Positions 1 through 11,005 of a stretch of 64,000 nucleotides of DNA are shown here, piece after piece; within the stretch, counting starts at the first letter, position 1, and each line of letters starts with the position of its first letter. A model generated the notes under the pieces. That model had not been told where the DNA came from, made no database searches, and was given only the letters and a program-made list of their open reading frames with translations. The position numbers and the translations under genes were made by a program. This stretch comes from Candidatus Latescibacterota bacterium (GTDB taxonomy: Bacteria; Latescibacterota; UBA2968): positions 2,816,001 through 2,880,000 of the forward strand of contig OZ242195.1 of the NCBI GenBank assembly GCA_965205975.1, written 5' to 3'.

Positions 1-3000
1 AAACCCCTTTATGATCTTCAGTCGCTCCAGTAAACGCCCCTTTTTTATGCCCAAACAACTCGCTCTGCAACAACTCTGGTGATAGTGCGGCACAATTTTG
101 TGACAAAAACCGCTGGTCTTTGCGTGTACTATTGTAGTGTATAGCACCCGCTGCCAATTCTTTGCCCGTACCTGTTTCGCCCTGCACAAGCACGGGAATA
201 TCGCTCTTTGCAGCACTTTCTATAAGATAGTAGATCGCCTGCATCGCATCACTTTGCCCAAACAGATCGCCAAGCTGGTGCCGTCTTTCGACCTGTTGCT
301 GCAAATATTGTGCTCTCTCTTCCAATTGTTCGTACATCCTCGCATTGACCAGTGCTACACCCACCAGATTCGCAAATACCTGCAAAAACGTCTGATCTTC
401 TTCAGAAAATACGTTGCCCAAGCCGCGATGATCTACATATAGCGCACCGATAACACCTTCTTTAACATGAAATAAGGGCACGCACAATACAGACCGAATA
501 TTGTAGTCTATCACACTCTGATATTGATTGAGCCTATCGTCTGTCTGTGCATCAATGCTCAAAACGAGTTCATTTGTCTCAATAACGCGGTAAATAATAC
601 CCCTACTCAGCACGTCTGCATCATCTACTTCTACATTGTGGTAGCGCACAGCATCGACCTCAAAGCCTTTTTGGGTCTCATTTTTAATCGCAACAATCAC
701 CCGCTCTGCTGGATAGACAGTTAACAAATTGCCCAGAGTCCGGTCCAATAGCACTTTGACATCGCGCTCGGTTGTCAATTCGTGGCTCACATCGTAAAGC
801 AAGCGCAAACGATCAACAGACAGCGTATCGACTGAAATCTCAGAACTGGATACGGATCCACGAGAGGATTCATCCAATTGATCTAATAACACCTGTGTTT
901 TCTCCAGAAAATAGGACATTTGCATTTCTTCAAACGCCTGTTTTGCCGCTTTGAGATGTGCTTGTGCTTTTGGTATATCATCGCGCTCAAGATAAAACTC
1001 CCCAGCCATCAGCAATGCACGCGCCCAGTGATCGCCTTTGGATTCTATTCGGCATTCAATCGCCTGCTCAAAAGCCTCTTCAGCCTCAACAATTCGCCCT
1101 ACTTTAGACAAAGCAACACCAATACCACAATACACCAGAGGCAATATGCCCGTGAACATACCCGATGTTTGTTGCGTACCTTCGCTGGCTCTTTCTGCCC
1201 ATTCAAGAGCTACTTCTGTATCGCCCATTCTTGCAGCAGCCGTTGCCGCTATTGCATAAGCGCGATAGACATAATCTCTTCGTGGTGTGTCCAAATAACG
1301 TTGTGATGAAATCTCTGCATATTCCAATGCCTCGGCAAAATCCCTGCGTTCCAGTGCCAATTCACTAAGCCATAGGAAATTGGCTGCTTCCAAGTATATA
1401 ACCCCTCGCTTCTGCCACTCTCCAATTGCTTCATTGCAAACCGCTTCCGCAAGATCGCATTCACCCAAATAAAAATAAACTCTTGCGAGTAAATTGAGTG
1501 TCCCTATGCGATGGTGTTCAAATCCAACTTGTTGAGATGTCCTTAAGACTTCTTCCAAATGTACTCTCGCTATCTCAAATCGAAATTCGATTAAGGCGAG
1601 TTGTCCTTCAGACTTTTGAACGTCAGTCTGATTATGCGCGTCAGCATTACGCTTCTGTTGTTTTTTGATATATTGACGGACATAATCAGCAGCATCCTTG
1701 TGCCTTTCTGACACATCGCACAAGTAAGACAAGCTACTTAATGCCTGAATTTCGCCGTCGAAATCACCCAATTCACGGTAAAGCCGCAATGCCTCCAACA
1801 TATATTCTTCTGCTATTTTTCCATGTTGAAGTACGCTGTGAATACTACCTGTATAATTCAAAATACGCGCTTTCAAATCTTTCCGATCAGCGGGCAATAA
1901 TGCCTTTGCTTCCTCTAAAAGTTTCAGTGCTTTATCGTGCTGGCTGCAATTGCGCAACACATCTGTATAATCGCACAAAAAGTCAATAGCATCTGCTGGT
2001 GATTCAAAAGCGTCATCTGCTGTCCAGTCTCGCACAGCCTCAAATCGTCTCAATGCCCGCCGATACGCTTGTCCCTCCAATGCTTTTTTGCCTGCCAAGC
2101 GTGCATATTTAACAGCTTTATCTTGTTCTCCTGCCACGGCAAAATGATCCGCCAATTCTTCTGTCAATTCTTCTGCATCTTCCAACTCTTCCAGGGCATT
2201 GCCAATTTCTCGATGCAACAAACGCCGCCGCACATCTTGCAGGCGGTCATAAATTGCCCGCCGATACAAACCCTGTGAAAAACGATATTGATCTTCACCC
2301 TCCTCACAAGGAACCAAAAACCCTTCTGCAATCAAGTCGTCCAGCACATCCAGCAGTTCTAACTCATCACCGCGCCAAACCTCAGCCAATAATTCAAAAG
2401 AAAAATCACTCAGAAAAACACAGGCGTATTCCAGTACCCGCTGTTGTACAGCAGACAGAGTAGCCACGCGCTTGTACAAAACCTCTGAAAAATCATCGAA
2501 TAATAATCTTTCGGGAATTTCTCCCCACTGCCAATCGCCAGACACATTCTGCCGAACCACATCGGTATTCACCAGCGTCCTCACAGCCTCCACGACAAAC
2601 AGGGGCTGCCCATCCGTTTCTCTGAACAAAGTTTGTAATGCATCCGGCGGTATGGATCGCTCCCCCAACATCGACGCCGCTAAATACCCTACCTCTTCTT
2701 GTGATAGATTATTCAACTGAATATGAGTCGTCTCAGCAAATTCATTGCTGTGTATAAATTTTTCAACTTCCTCTGAAAGCGGTTCCAGATTAGACCATCG
2801 GCAAGTCAGACATAACAAAAACGGGCACGGTTCTGGATCGCGCAACACATACTGCAAAAATTCCAGAGTCAATTCATCAAGCCATTGAATATCTTCCAGA
2901 CACAACACAATGGGCTGCTTCTGCCGCAGACGTTTAAGCACCTGCAACCAGTGCTCCATAACAGAAAACTTATCCGTCTCCCCCATCAAATCCGCCGTCT

Positions 3001-4117
3001 CTTGAAAAGCATCAATCAACGCAGCGTATATTTGTCCGCCCTCTTCCCGCCCTGCGCCCTTCAAACATAGAAAATCGTGGATCAGAGCGTCGGCCAGCAA
3101 TTCTTCGGCCAGTCTCGATTTGCCTACTCCCGCCTCACCCGAGATCAGAACCACACGCTGCTTGCCAGCCTGTACATCCTGCAACATCGCACTCAGTATC
3201 TTCATTTCAGATTCCCGCCCGACAAATTGCGGGCGCACAACTTTTCTATGCACATCGCGAAGCTCATCACTCGGCAGCACAAACTCCGATGGTAAGGCAC
3301 CAACCAGTTCCTCTGCCGACTGATAACGATCAACACGTTCCTTTGCCAGCAACCTCAGCACAATTTGTTGCGTCTCTTCGGGAACAGCGATATGGACTTC
3401 GCCCATCGGAGGCGGTGACTCTCGAATATGCTTCATAATAACAGATATTGGGTTTTGTCCAGAAAAGGGTGGTGCGCCCATGAGCATCTCGTATAAAATT
3501 ATGCCCAATGAGTACAAATCTGATCGATGATCCACCCAGAGACCCTTACCCTGCTCTGGCGACATATATTCTACCGTACCCATCGTCGCGCCCGTCTGCG
3601 TCATGGAGACTCTATGCAGATGTTTGATTTTCGCCAGCCCCAGATCCAAAATCGTGGTCTCAATCCCCTCTTTTGTCTCCAAAACCATAATATTGGATGG
3701 CTTGAGATCGCGATGCACTGCGTCCTGAGCGTGGATATATGCCAATCCCTCGGCAATTTGTTGTATCAAGTCAAAAAAGTGAGAAGTCCGAAATTGTCCT
3801 AACATTGCACGATCGGCAATTATCTTTTCCAAAGTCTTTCCAGGCAAATATTCCATTGTAAAATACGGACGTTCTTCGGCAAAGCCCCAGACATACGTGC
3901 GTACCAGACGCGGATGCTGAAGTCTGCTCAACACCTGAAATTCTCTGTGAAAACGGCGACGCACAGCCTGCTCATCCATCATTTCATTCAAAATTTTGAG
4001 TGCGCACTCCTGGCCTTGATTCAGGTCCAACACCCGATAGACTTCGCCCATGCCCCCGGTTCCCAGATGCGCCTGGATTTGGTATTTGTTGTCGAGAATT
4101 GTTCCGTTTTCAAACAT
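1..4117 (-). CDS. Multidomain Ser/Thr kinase - AAA ATPase - helical/TPR-like - GAF-like - sigma54-dependent activator (3' end outside window)
   Basis: Hand translation from ATG 4117 gives [24 protein letters not shown] and YMSPEQ (Hanks kinase), then [16 protein letters not shown] (AAA). Near base 1, in the same frame, are GETGTGKE and [13 protein letters not shown] (bEBP). It is absent from the ORF track, consistent with no in-window stop. Confidence 0.85.
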   Translation of the reverse strand, partial: MFENGTILDNKYQIQAHLGTGGMGEVYRVLDLNQGQECALKILNEMMDEQAVRRRFHREFQVLSRLQHPRLVRTYVWGFAEERPYFTMEYLPGKTLEKIIADRAMLGQFRTSHFFDLIQQIAEGLAYIHAQDAVHRDLKPSNIMVLETKEGIETTILDLGLAKIKHLHRVSMTQTGATMGTVEYMSPEQGKGLWVDHRSDLYSLGIILYEMLMGAPPFSGQNPISVIMKHIRESPPPMGEVHIAVPEETQQIVLRLLAKERVDRYQSAEELVGALPSEFVLPSDELRDVHRKVVRPQFVGRESEMKILSAMLQDVQAGKQRVVLISGEAGVGKSRLAEELLADALIHDFLCLKGAGREEGGQIYAALIDAFQETADLMGETDKFSVMEHWLQVLKRLRQKQPIVLCLEDIQWLDELTLEFLQYVLRDPEPCPFLLCLTCRWSNLEPLSEEVEKFIHSNEFAETTHIQLNNLSQEEVGYLAASMLGERSIPPDALQTLFRETDGQPLFVVEAVRTLVNTDVVRQNVSGDWQWGEIPERLLFDDFSEVLYKRVATLSAVQQRVLEYACVFLSDFSFELLAEVWRGDELELLDVLDDLIAEGFLVPCEEGEDQYRFSQGLYRRAIYDRLQDVRRRLLHREIGNALEELEDAEELTEELADHFAVAGEQDKAVKYARLAGKKALEGQAYRRALRRFEAVRDWTADDAFESPADAIDFLCDYTDVLRNCSQHDKALKLLEEAKALLPADRKDLKARILNYTGSIHSVLQHGKIAEEYMLEALRLYRELGDFDGEIQALSSLSYLCDVSERHKDAADYVRQYIKKQQKRNADAHNQTDVQKSEGQLALIEFRFEIARVHLEEVLRTSQQVGFEHHRIGTLNLLARVYFYLGECDLAEAVCNEAIGEWQKRGVIYLEAANFLWLSELALERRDFAEALEYAEISSQRYLDTPRRDYVYRAYAIAATAAARMGDTEVALEWAERASEGTQQTSGMFTGILPLVYCGIGVALSKVGRIVEAEEAFEQAIECRIESKGDHWARALLMAGEFYLERDDIPKAQAHLKAAKQAFEEMQMSYFLEKTQVLLDQLDESSRGSVSSSEISVDTLSVDRLRLLYDVSHELTTERDVKVLLDRTLGNLLTVYPAERVIVAIKNETQKGFEVDAVRYHNVEVDDADVLSRGIIYRVIETNELVLSIDAQTDDRLNQYQSVIDYNIRSVLCVPLFHVKEGVIGALYVDHRGLGNVFSEEDQTFLQVFANLVGVALVNARMYEQLEERAQYLQQQVERRHQLGDLFGQSDAMQAIYYLIESAAKSDIPVLVQGETGTGKELAAGAIHYNSTRKDQRFLSQNCAALSPELLQSELFGHKKGAFTGATEDHKGV

Positions 4118-4233
4118 GATCTCTTCTACTTTCTTTAAGTCAGCAAGACTGAGGCGCAGTTTTTCCTATCGTATTTTTCAGACTCATCAAAAAACGGTGG
4201 AAAAACGTGGCATAAAGTACGTGACTTTCAAGA

Positions 4234-4487
4234 TCACTGGGTACGCGTTTTTCTACGCGCGAAGGCATCCAGTTCATGCCGGACGGTTGAACTACTGGCG
4301 TAGTTGTACCCCGCTCGACCGGACAGTTCGGCATAGCGCTGCGTGGTCTGCAAGTTGCGATGACCGAGTAGCCAGCGCACTGTGCCAACACCCACGCCAC
4401 TGTTCACCAGCTCCGTCGCGACCGTGTGCCGAAGTTGGTGGATCTGGCATTTGACCTCTGCCTGATCACACAGCTTTGTCCATTGAT
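4234..4487 (-). pseudogene. Duplicated 3' fragment of the tyrosine recombinase gene
   Basis: HQLRHT..LLGH..TTQRY C-terminus nearly identical to 7318..8268, with no N-terminal part. Confidence 0.9.
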
Positions 4488-4511
4488 AATACGCGCTTCC
4501 ATCCGCATTTC

Positions 4512-6068
4512 TCACGCACCTGCCACCTCAAAGGCCGTTATGTTGCGAGTATCCTTGCTGAACTCTACCCCGATCAGATGGATCGGCCGATCCAGACCCC
4601 GATATTTGTCCGCGTATCCCTTCTCCTGCAACTGCGCCATCGCCGCTCCCTCAGACGCCAGTTCCACCACCTTGAACTCGAACAGGTAGATGTTATCGTT
4701 GAAGTGAACAGCCATATCCACACGCCCATGACTGCTGCTGTCTTCTACCGTAATATTGAGACCCAAGCCCGCGAAATAGGAATAGAACACGCTGGCATAG
4801 TAGCCTTCAAATTTGGCGATGTCGTTGTTGGTGTACCACTCATAAGGGATACTGGCAAAAAAGGCGTGGAATAAGGTCTCCATGCTGGCGAAGTCGTTGG
4901 CTTCGAGCAGGCGGTAGAGTTGCACGCTGTTCGCCATCTGCTCAGACGGGTCTTTTACCAGGTAGTCCAACAGGCTCTCGTTGAGGCTCTGGCGCACCTC
5001 ACGGTTGGGATAGCCCAGCCAGTAAAGGGACTTGCCGCCGAGGTTCTCCTCACTGGTAATGGTCAAGTACCCGGTCTGAAACAACAGAGCCTCAGTCGCG
5101 ATTTCATCCACATCAAAGGTCGATAGCAGGTCGTTACTGCCCATCATCTCATCGAGTTTCAGAGAACTGACACGGCGTTTGAACAGGGTTTCGATGAGGA
5201 ACGTGGGCGTGCCGGTCTCGAACCAGTAGGCTCCGAACTCGCGGCTGTCGAAGAGCAGGAGAATATCGAAGGGGTTATAGACCTTCTCCTCGCCTCGCCA
5301 GCTATAGCCATTGTACCAGTCGCGGATCTTCCCTCGATCCAAGCCGGGAAGCTCGGGCGCGAACACCGTGTCCAAATCCGCATCGGTATAGCCGCAAACA
5401 GCCGAGTAGCGCGTATCCAATGTGATATCCTTCAGATTGTTGAGGCCAGAGAACAGACTCACCTTGGAGAACTTGCTGACGCCTGTGAGGAATGTGAATT
5501 TGATATGGGCATCGCTGTCCTTGATGGTCGCGTAGAGACCGCGCAGAAAATCGCGGTTGTCGCGTGCAACCTCCGGTACATCCAAAGCATCAAGTATCGG
5601 CTTGTCGTATTCGTCAATGAGAACAGCCACGCGCTGCCCACCCTGCCGATGCAATACCCGAATCAGATCACTAAAGCACTCCGGTGTCGTATCGTAACGC
5701 GGCGCAATACCGGCTTCTTCCGCTATGGTGTGTAGTTGCGCCATCACATTCGCATGCAGGTAGCCCTCGTCTTTGAAATTGCCCCTGCCAAAGCTCAAAC
5801 GCACAACGGGATAGCGAACAGACCAGTCCCAGTGGTCGTGGATGTGAAGCTCTTCGAACAGCGGTTCATTGCCCTCGAACAGTTCCTTTAGCGTATCCAG
5901 AAATAGACTTTTGCCAAACCGACGTGGACGTGATAAAAAATAGTGCTTGCCCTGGTCGAGCAGCCTCCGAATATAGGCGGTCTTATCCACATAGTAGCAG
6001 TTATCCTCTCGCATCTCGCGAAAGGTCTGAATACCGATGGGCAGTCTGCGTTTGGTCATATTATGCAC
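4512..6068 (-). CDS. AAA-ATPase-like protein with C-terminal PD-(D/E)XK nuclease domain
   Basis: LPIGIQTF, SRPRRFGKS Walker A, LIDEYDKP Walker B, C-terminal GRVDM..LFEFK. Confidence 0.9.
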   Translation of the reverse strand: MHNMTKRRLPIGIQTFREMREDNCYYVDKTAYIRRLLDQGKHYFLSRPRRFGKSLFLDTLKELFEGNEPLFEELHIHDHWDWSVRYPVVRLSFGRGNFKDEGYLHANVMAQLHTIAEEAGIAPRYDTTPECFSDLIRVLHRQGGQRVAVLIDEYDKPILDALDVPEVARDNRDFLRGLYATIKDSDAHIKFTFLTGVSKFSKVSLFSGLNNLKDITLDTRYSAVCGYTDADLDTVFAPELPGLDRGKIRDWYNGYSWRGEEKVYNPFDILLLFDSREFGAYWFETGTPTFLIETLFKRRVSSLKLDEMMGSNDLLSTFDVDEIATEALLFQTGYLTITSEENLGGKSLYWLGYPNREVRQSLNESLLDYLVKDPSEQMANSVQLYRLLEANDFASMETLFHAFFASIPYEWYTNNDIAKFEGYYASVFYSYFAGLGLNITVEDSSSHGRVDMAVHFNDNIYLFEFKVVELASEGAAMAQLQEKGYADKYRGLDRPIHLIGVEFSKDTRNITAFEVAGA

Positions 6069-6123
6069 CTTTGTCTTTACATCTCATCCAAAAGCGATTC
6101 TGTTATTTTTTGTTCTTTGGCAT

Positions 6124-7236
6124 TCATCTAAGCATTTTCTGCCGTGTGCGGTCGATTTCCGCAGCCAGGAGTTCCTCGTCGGGTAGCGTGGTTCGATACT
6201 CTGCGGCCATCACTTTGTTCGATAATCCTTCGAGCGAGTACCGGGCAACTGCTTCATCTTTCTGCGAGCAGAGAATCAGCCCTACCGGCGGGTTTTCATC
6301 CTCGTGCGTCCAGTGTTCCCGTGCATAGTTGAGATAGAGGTTCATTTGTCCAGCGTCGGCGTGCGTGAATTTTCCGAGTTTCAAGTCAATGACCACCAGA
6401 CACCGCAGACGACGATGATAAAACAGCAAATCTATCCGATACCATTCGTCGCCAACACGCAGACGTTTTTGCCTGCCCATGAAGCAGAAATCCTCTCCCA
6501 ATTCCATGAGAAAAGTTTCCAGGTGCTTGATTAACGCATCTTCCAAATCGCTTTCGGAGTATTCGTCCTTGAGATCGAGAAATTCGAGAACGAATGGGTC
6601 TTTGATTTCCTCTTCGGGGAGAACGCGGTCTTCTGGCTGTGCCTTCTGGCCTTTGGTCAGCATGGCGGCTTTGTTCTTTGAAAGTGCCGTGCGCTCGTAG
6701 AACTGGGAGTTGATCTGTCGGTTGAGCTGGCTAATCGACCACCCTCCGCGCAGGGCCTCGGTTTCGTAGAACTCACGGGCGTTTATGTTCTTGATCGAAA
6801 GCAGTCGTACATAAGCGGACCACGGAAGAGGAAAGCGTGAGGCGATACTGGCCAAAGAAGATTCCGCTGATGTCTCCGGCATATTCTCTGTATCTCCCAA
6901 TTTTTCAGACGGCATCTGAAAAATTCGTTCGGATGGCCATAACAGATAGAATCTCCTCATCTGGCTCAGATTGACCGCTCCGAAGCCTCGGCCAAACCGC
7001 TGCGTCAAATCCTCTGCCAGCCTTTTAATGAGCGCGGTTCCGTATTCGGCTCTCTCCTCACCTGACTGCTCGAACTCCACGATGTGCTGCCCGATCATCC
7101 AATACGCAGCGGTCATGACAGCGTTTATTGAACGCGCAGCCGTTTGCCTTGCCTCGTCGATAATACTGGATACATCCCCAAAGATGGACTGGTACTGGGC
7201 ATCAAGCGCGTCAGTTTTGACTATTGGCTTTTTCAT
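6124..7236 (-). CDS. DUF1016/YhcG-family PD-(D/E)XK nuclease-like protein
   Basis: AYWMIGQHIVEFEQ, LPWSAYVRLL, KDPFVLEFL, RIDLLFYHRRLRCLVVIDLK, GQMNLY. Confidence 0.9.
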   Translation of the reverse strand: MKKPIVKTDALDAQYQSIFGDVSSIIDEARQTAARSINAVMTAAYWMIGQHIVEFEQSGEERAEYGTALIKRLAEDLTQRFGRGFGAVNLSQMRRFYLLWPSERIFQMPSEKLGDTENMPETSAESSLASIASRFPLPWSAYVRLLSIKNINAREFYETEALRGGWSISQLNRQINSQFYERTALSKNKAAMLTKGQKAQPEDRVLPEEEIKDPFVLEFLDLKDEYSESDLEDALIKHLETFLMELGEDFCFMGRQKRLRVGDEWYRIDLLFYHRRLRCLVVIDLKLGKFTHADAGQMNLYLNYAREHWTHEDENPPVGLILCSQKDEAVARYSLEGLSNKVMAAEYRTTLPDEELLAAEIDRTRQKMLR

Positions 7237-7317
7237 GGTGGGGTTCCTTCACTTTGCAGGCATTTCGGCCTATCTGTACATCTACAAAGCGTTGTCATGC
7301 TTCGCGTCCATTCACGA

Positions 7318-8268
7318 TCACCGGGTCCGCGTTTTTTTACGTGCGAAGGCATCTAACTCATGCCGAACGGTTGAACTACTGGCGTAGTTGTACCCCGCTC
7401 GACCAGACAGTTCGGCATAGCGTTGGGTGGTCTGCAAATTGCGATGACCGAGTAGCTGGCGCACCGTGCCAACCCCCACACCGCTATTCACTAGCTCCGT
7501 CGCGGCCGTATGCCGAAGCTGGTGGATCTCGCATTTGACCCCGACCTCCTCGCGCAGCTTTGTCCATTGATGAAGTGCTGCCCGATAACTCATGCGCTGA
7601 TCTTTGTATTTTCCGGTCCTGAAAAGCGGTCCCGAAGTTAAATCTTCATTGCGAAGATACGCGCGCAACAGTTTCAGGCTTTCAAACTCAAAGGGCAACG
7701 GGATCTCGCGTTCGTATTCCCCTTTGCCTCTAAACCGAATACCCTCTTGTCCGGCACTCAGGACAATATCCTCAACGTAAATCCCCAGTGCCTCATTGAT
7801 CCGGATCCCGGTTTCGGCCAACAGGGTGAAGAGCAGGCGTTCCCGCGGTTTTGACTTCCGAATCGCCTGCATCAACCGCTCCAGGTCTTTCCTGTGGATC
7901 GGCCGCGGCAACCCGGGTGTAACTTTTGGCGGGCGGAACTTTCCCATGGGATTGACGGCAATCAGATCGTGCCGATAACACCACTCGAAAAAGGTCTTTA
8001 ATGCGGAATGATGCCGCGCACGGGTCGCTGGGGCAACATTCTGGAGTGAGCCCAGGTAAGAGCGGATCAACACGATGTCTAAAGGTCTCCCCTGCTCGAC
8101 TATGAACTTCTGAAATCGACTGAGGTCTGAGCGGTAATTCTTGATGGTGTGCTGCGATCGACGCGAGATTTCCAGGTCCATCAGGAAGTCTTCGATCAGG
8201 GTTTTCAACTGGTCATCGGCCTGCGCGGGCAGGACGGTATCAACGGTTTCAACAGCTAAATCGGCCAT
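7318..8268 (-). CDS. Tyrosine recombinase/integrase (XerC/D-like)
   Basis: SAM-like N-terminus (HTIKNYRSDL), TGIRINE, GKG, HQLRHT, LLGH and catalytic Y. ATG 8268 follows an AAGGGG RBS. Confidence 0.9.
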   Translation of the reverse strand: MADLAVETVDTVLPAQADDQLKTLIEDFLMDLEISRRSQHTIKNYRSDLSRFQKFIVEQGRPLDIVLIRSYLGSLQNVAPATRARHHSALKTFFEWCYRHDLIAVNPMGKFRPPKVTPGLPRPIHRKDLERLMQAIRKSKPRERLLFTLLAETGIRINEALGIYVEDIVLSAGQEGIRFRGKGEYEREIPLPFEFESLKLLRAYLRNEDLTSGPLFRTGKYKDQRMSYRAALHQWTKLREEVGVKCEIHQLRHTAATELVNSGVGVGTVRQLLGHRNLQTTQRYAELSGRAGYNYASSSTVRHELDAFARKKTRTR

Positions 8269-8353
8269 GTTTCCCCTTTTTTGGCGTATAATGATAAATG
8301 AGTAGATTGCAATTATCTGCAATTTACTCGAAAAAACAGGGGTTTGCAATAGC

Positions 8354-8387
8354 AATTTGGCGTATAAAGATTATTATACGCCAAATT
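8354..8387. promoter_or_regulatory. Perfect 14-6-14 palindrome, probable recombinase binding/core site
   Basis: AATTTGGCGTATAA-AGATTA-TTATACGCCAAATT, with an extra TTGGCGTATAA half-site at 8281-8291. Confidence 0.65.
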
Positions 8388-8677
8388 TAACCCCTTCAAA
8401 ATGTCTCAAGACGAGGATCCAAAACGCACTTGCACACTTTCGCATCATATCCGTATATTGATGAACCGAACTGGTGCGTGAATGACGTAGTGCAGCGCAA
8501 GTTCAGCGGTTGCTCCAAAAGCAATGCAACGCTATCTTGGTGACGGATATCGGACGTATTTCTCTGAGTTACAAAACTCACACATAGGGAAAATATCAAT
8601 GACAGAGGAAACAAATGGTAAGATTGCCAAAATGAGGAAAACCTGCTGGGAAAATGCACTTAAGGCATTTGGTACTA

Positions 8678-10118
8678 GTGGGTCATTTGCTTTGGTTATA
8701 GCCAATGCGTAATTTTAGATATATCTTTATGCATCAGCAAGAGCTTTCACATTTTCGTCTTTATCGTGGAGGTATAATGGCCCGAAGGCAAAATAACCCC
8801 CTGCGTATTTTAACAGCAGAAGAACGCACCACCCTGTATGCCATCAGCCGTAGTTTAACACAACCGGCTGCCCCTGTTGCGCGTGCCAAAGCCTTACTGG
8901 CCGTATCCGAAGGGCATTCGTTTAGTGAAGCGGCTCGAAGGGCAGGTCGTCGCAGTGGTGATGCCGTCAGTCAGTTAGTCGCCCGCTTTAATCAAGAAGG
9001 GATAGCAGCCATAGAACCCCGATACGGGGGTGGACGACAAGTGATCTATACAGAAAAAGAACGCCAACGTATTCTTTGTGAGATAAACCGTGTGCCAGAT
9101 CGCATACAGGATGGGACAGCAACCTGGTCGCTTTCGACGCTTCAAGCAGCACTGAGAAAAGCCCCTGATGGGTTGCCCAATGTCAGCACCTATACGATTT
9201 GGACCGTATTGCATGACGCGGGCTGGACCTATCAAAAGGATCGGACATGGTGTATGACTGGTCAAGTGGTACGTAAGCGAAAAACAGGTGTGGTCACCGT
9301 GACTGATCCGGATGCACAAGCAAAAAAAAAAGCTCATTGAGAAAGCCTACACGCTCGGTGAAAAAATGGGGCTATCCGTCTGGTGTGAGGATGAAGCCGG
9401 TCCCTTTCAAACCATCCCTTACCCCGGACAGCGCTGGCATCCTGAAGGGCGACCCCATCGTTTGCCACACGAGTATGTTCGATCAGGTACAGCCAAGCTG
9501 ATGACGCTGTTCCATCCCAAAACAGGTCGCCTGCGTGTGCGGGGAACCACAAGCACAGCCAATCAGGTTTTGCACCCCTGGCTGAAAGAAGAACTCACCG
9601 CGATCCTGAAAGGCTTACCAAAGGTAAAAAAGACGCATAAAGCAAAGCAGAATCGCGCATTATGGCAGACCTGGCAAGCGGGATTAGAGATGCCTATAAC
9701 CCTGCCTGAAGACCTCCCGCCATTGCGCCTGCTACTTGTGATGGATAACTTGAAAGGACATCACACGACATCGTTGATCTTATGGCTATTCTCTCAAGGG
9801 GTTATGCCGCTTTATACCCCCCTTGGCGGATCTTGGTTAAATATGACAGAGTCCATACAGCGCATCTTGAAACGGCGAGGACTGGACGGACACTATCCCC
9901 AAACACCTGAGCAAATCATCGACTGGTTGGAAGCCACTGCTGCGGGATGGAATGGTAATCCAACGCCTTTCGAGTGGGGTGGTAAAAGAGCAAAACGACG
10001 ACAGCACAGCAGAGATAGACGCTATGCCATAGGCGGATCAAGGGCCTTCACCAGATCACCTTTGAGACGGTCTAAATCTGCACTCTATCAATGGCAACGC
10101 GCATACCAAATGACCCAC
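8678..10118 (+). mobile_element. IS630-family insertion sequence
   Basis: Terminal inverted repeats GTGGGTCATTTG/CAAATGACCCAC (imperfect to ~30 bp), TA (within CTAG) on both flanks, two-ORF transposase. Confidence 0.9.
8777..9340 (+). CDS. IS630-type transposase ORF A (HTH)
   Basis: RAKALLA..EAARRAG HTH, WSLSTL; ends after an A10G slippery run. Confidence 0.85.
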   Translation: MARRQNNPLRILTAEERTTLYAISRSLTQPAAPVARAKALLAVSEGHSFSEAARRAGRRSGDAVSQLVARFNQEGIAAIEPRYGGGRQVIYTEKERQRILCEINRVPDRIQDGTATWSLSTLQAALRKAPDGLPNVSTYTIWTVLHDAGWTYQKDRTWCMTGQVVRKRKTGVVTVTDPDAQAKKKAH

Positions 10119-10121
10119 TAG
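9312..10121 (+). CDS. IS630-type transposase ORF B (DDE), joined by -1 frameshift
   Basis: [21 protein letters not shown] catalytic motifs. Confidence 0.85.
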   Translation: MHKQKKKLIEKAYTLGEKMGLSVWCEDEAGPFQTIPYPGQRWHPEGRPHRLPHEYVRSGTAKLMTLFHPKTGRLRVRGTTSTANQVLHPWLKEELTAILKGLPKVKKTHKAKQNRALWQTWQAGLEMPITLPEDLPPLRLLLVMDNLKGHHTTSLILWLFSQGVMPLYTPLGGSWLNMTESIQRILKRRGLDGHYPQTPEQIIDWLEATAAGWNGNPTPFEWGGKRAKRRQHSRDRRYAIGGSRAFTRSPLRRSKSALYQWQRAYQMTH

Positions 10122-10655
10122 TTGGATATTCGAACAACGAACGCATAAGTTTAGATTGCGCCTGAGAACGCTGACATTCTTAGGCATCGTCGTCCCAGCA
10201 TTTGTAGGTGGTGTGGTTGTTGCTTCTGGGGATAAGTATCTTTGGATTATTCTTACTATCGCTTCTATTCTTGGTCTTTTTCAGTTAGTAATGTCAATTT
10301 GGGCAGCCGCCGCAAAATGGGATGATGCATTTGCATATGCAACCGAATCGTTGACTTCAAATCAACAGCTATCAAATGCCTACAAAGATCTTGCATCCAA
10401 CCCTCCCAGTTCTGCTGCAGCTTTTAGACGCCAACTGAAACCAATCAATATCGAGAATAAGTACCGCGAAGCCCAAGATCTCAAACAAGGCATAACAGGC
10501 GCAGAGAAAAAGGCAGGTCTGCGTGCTGCACTAAGACAATTTCAATCTAAGTGTGTAGATTGTAGGAATGTACCAACATCAATGGAACCCACGGATTGTC
10601 CTATATGTGGCAAATTCAAAATTAGCCGTCTCTACAATGTGAAGGAGGCAAAAAG

Positions 10656-10856
10656 ATGACAAATCAGGGGAGAAAAGTAGTTGCTGGTTTTTATAGACTT
10701 AGCATATCAGATCGTGAAGAGGTTTTGACAGCAATACACAGGTACTGGAGGGCAAATATTGATGAAAAAAGGCAACTACGACATAGGATGGAAGAGGTGT
10801 TGGCTATAGATTTAGGGCCGCTTGATTCCGACAGGTGTCCGTGTTGTGGTAAGTGA
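10656..10856 (+). CDS. Small hypothetical protein with C-terminal CPCCGK
   Basis: AAGGAGG RBS and ATGA overlap with the upstream gene. Confidence 0.7.
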   Translation: MTNQGRKVVAGFYRLSISDREEVLTAIHRYWRANIDEKRQLRHRMEEVLAIDLGPLDSDRCPCCGK

Positions 10857-11005
10857 GGATTCATCCGTGAGGGATAGAGAAATTTCTTACTTCAACCCTG
10901 CAGGTAATGACCGCGTGCGTTGATCAATGGTCTGGGGGCATCGAGTTCGCCATCTCCAACGTCCAATTTGCACGATATTTGTTGCCAACGTCAATGCCCA
11001 CCATT

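Larger units (their letters stand above)
4232..7571. repeat. 256-bp diverged direct repeats (4232-4487 and 7316-7571) bracketing two nuclease-family genes
   Basis: Colinear gap-free alignment by eye with scattered substitutions. Confidence 0.9.
8599..10659 (+). pseudogene. Mobilome CxxC-x11-CxxC membrane protein interrupted by IS
   Basis: Removing the IS rejoins ..[24 protein letters not shown] in frame. Two TM segments; C-terminal CVDC-RNVPTSMEPTD-CPIC. Confidence 0.8.

Noticed and set aside
137..4138. Many short plus-strand ORFs
   Set aside because: Shadows of the long minus-strand kinase/activator gene; the same applies to most antisense ORFs in the track
7372..7400. tRNA fragment/att site or SECIS element
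   Set aside because: No cloverleaf or T-arm consensus and no in-frame UGA just upstream
4232..7571. Diversity-generating retroelement TR/VR pair (also considered for 26716-30096 and the FGE-family gene)
   Set aside because: Mismatches are not adenine-specific and no reverse transcriptase is present in the window
7318..8268. Integron integrase with cassette array
   Set aside because: No IntI-specific insertion recognised and no repeated attC-like sites between the neighbouring genes
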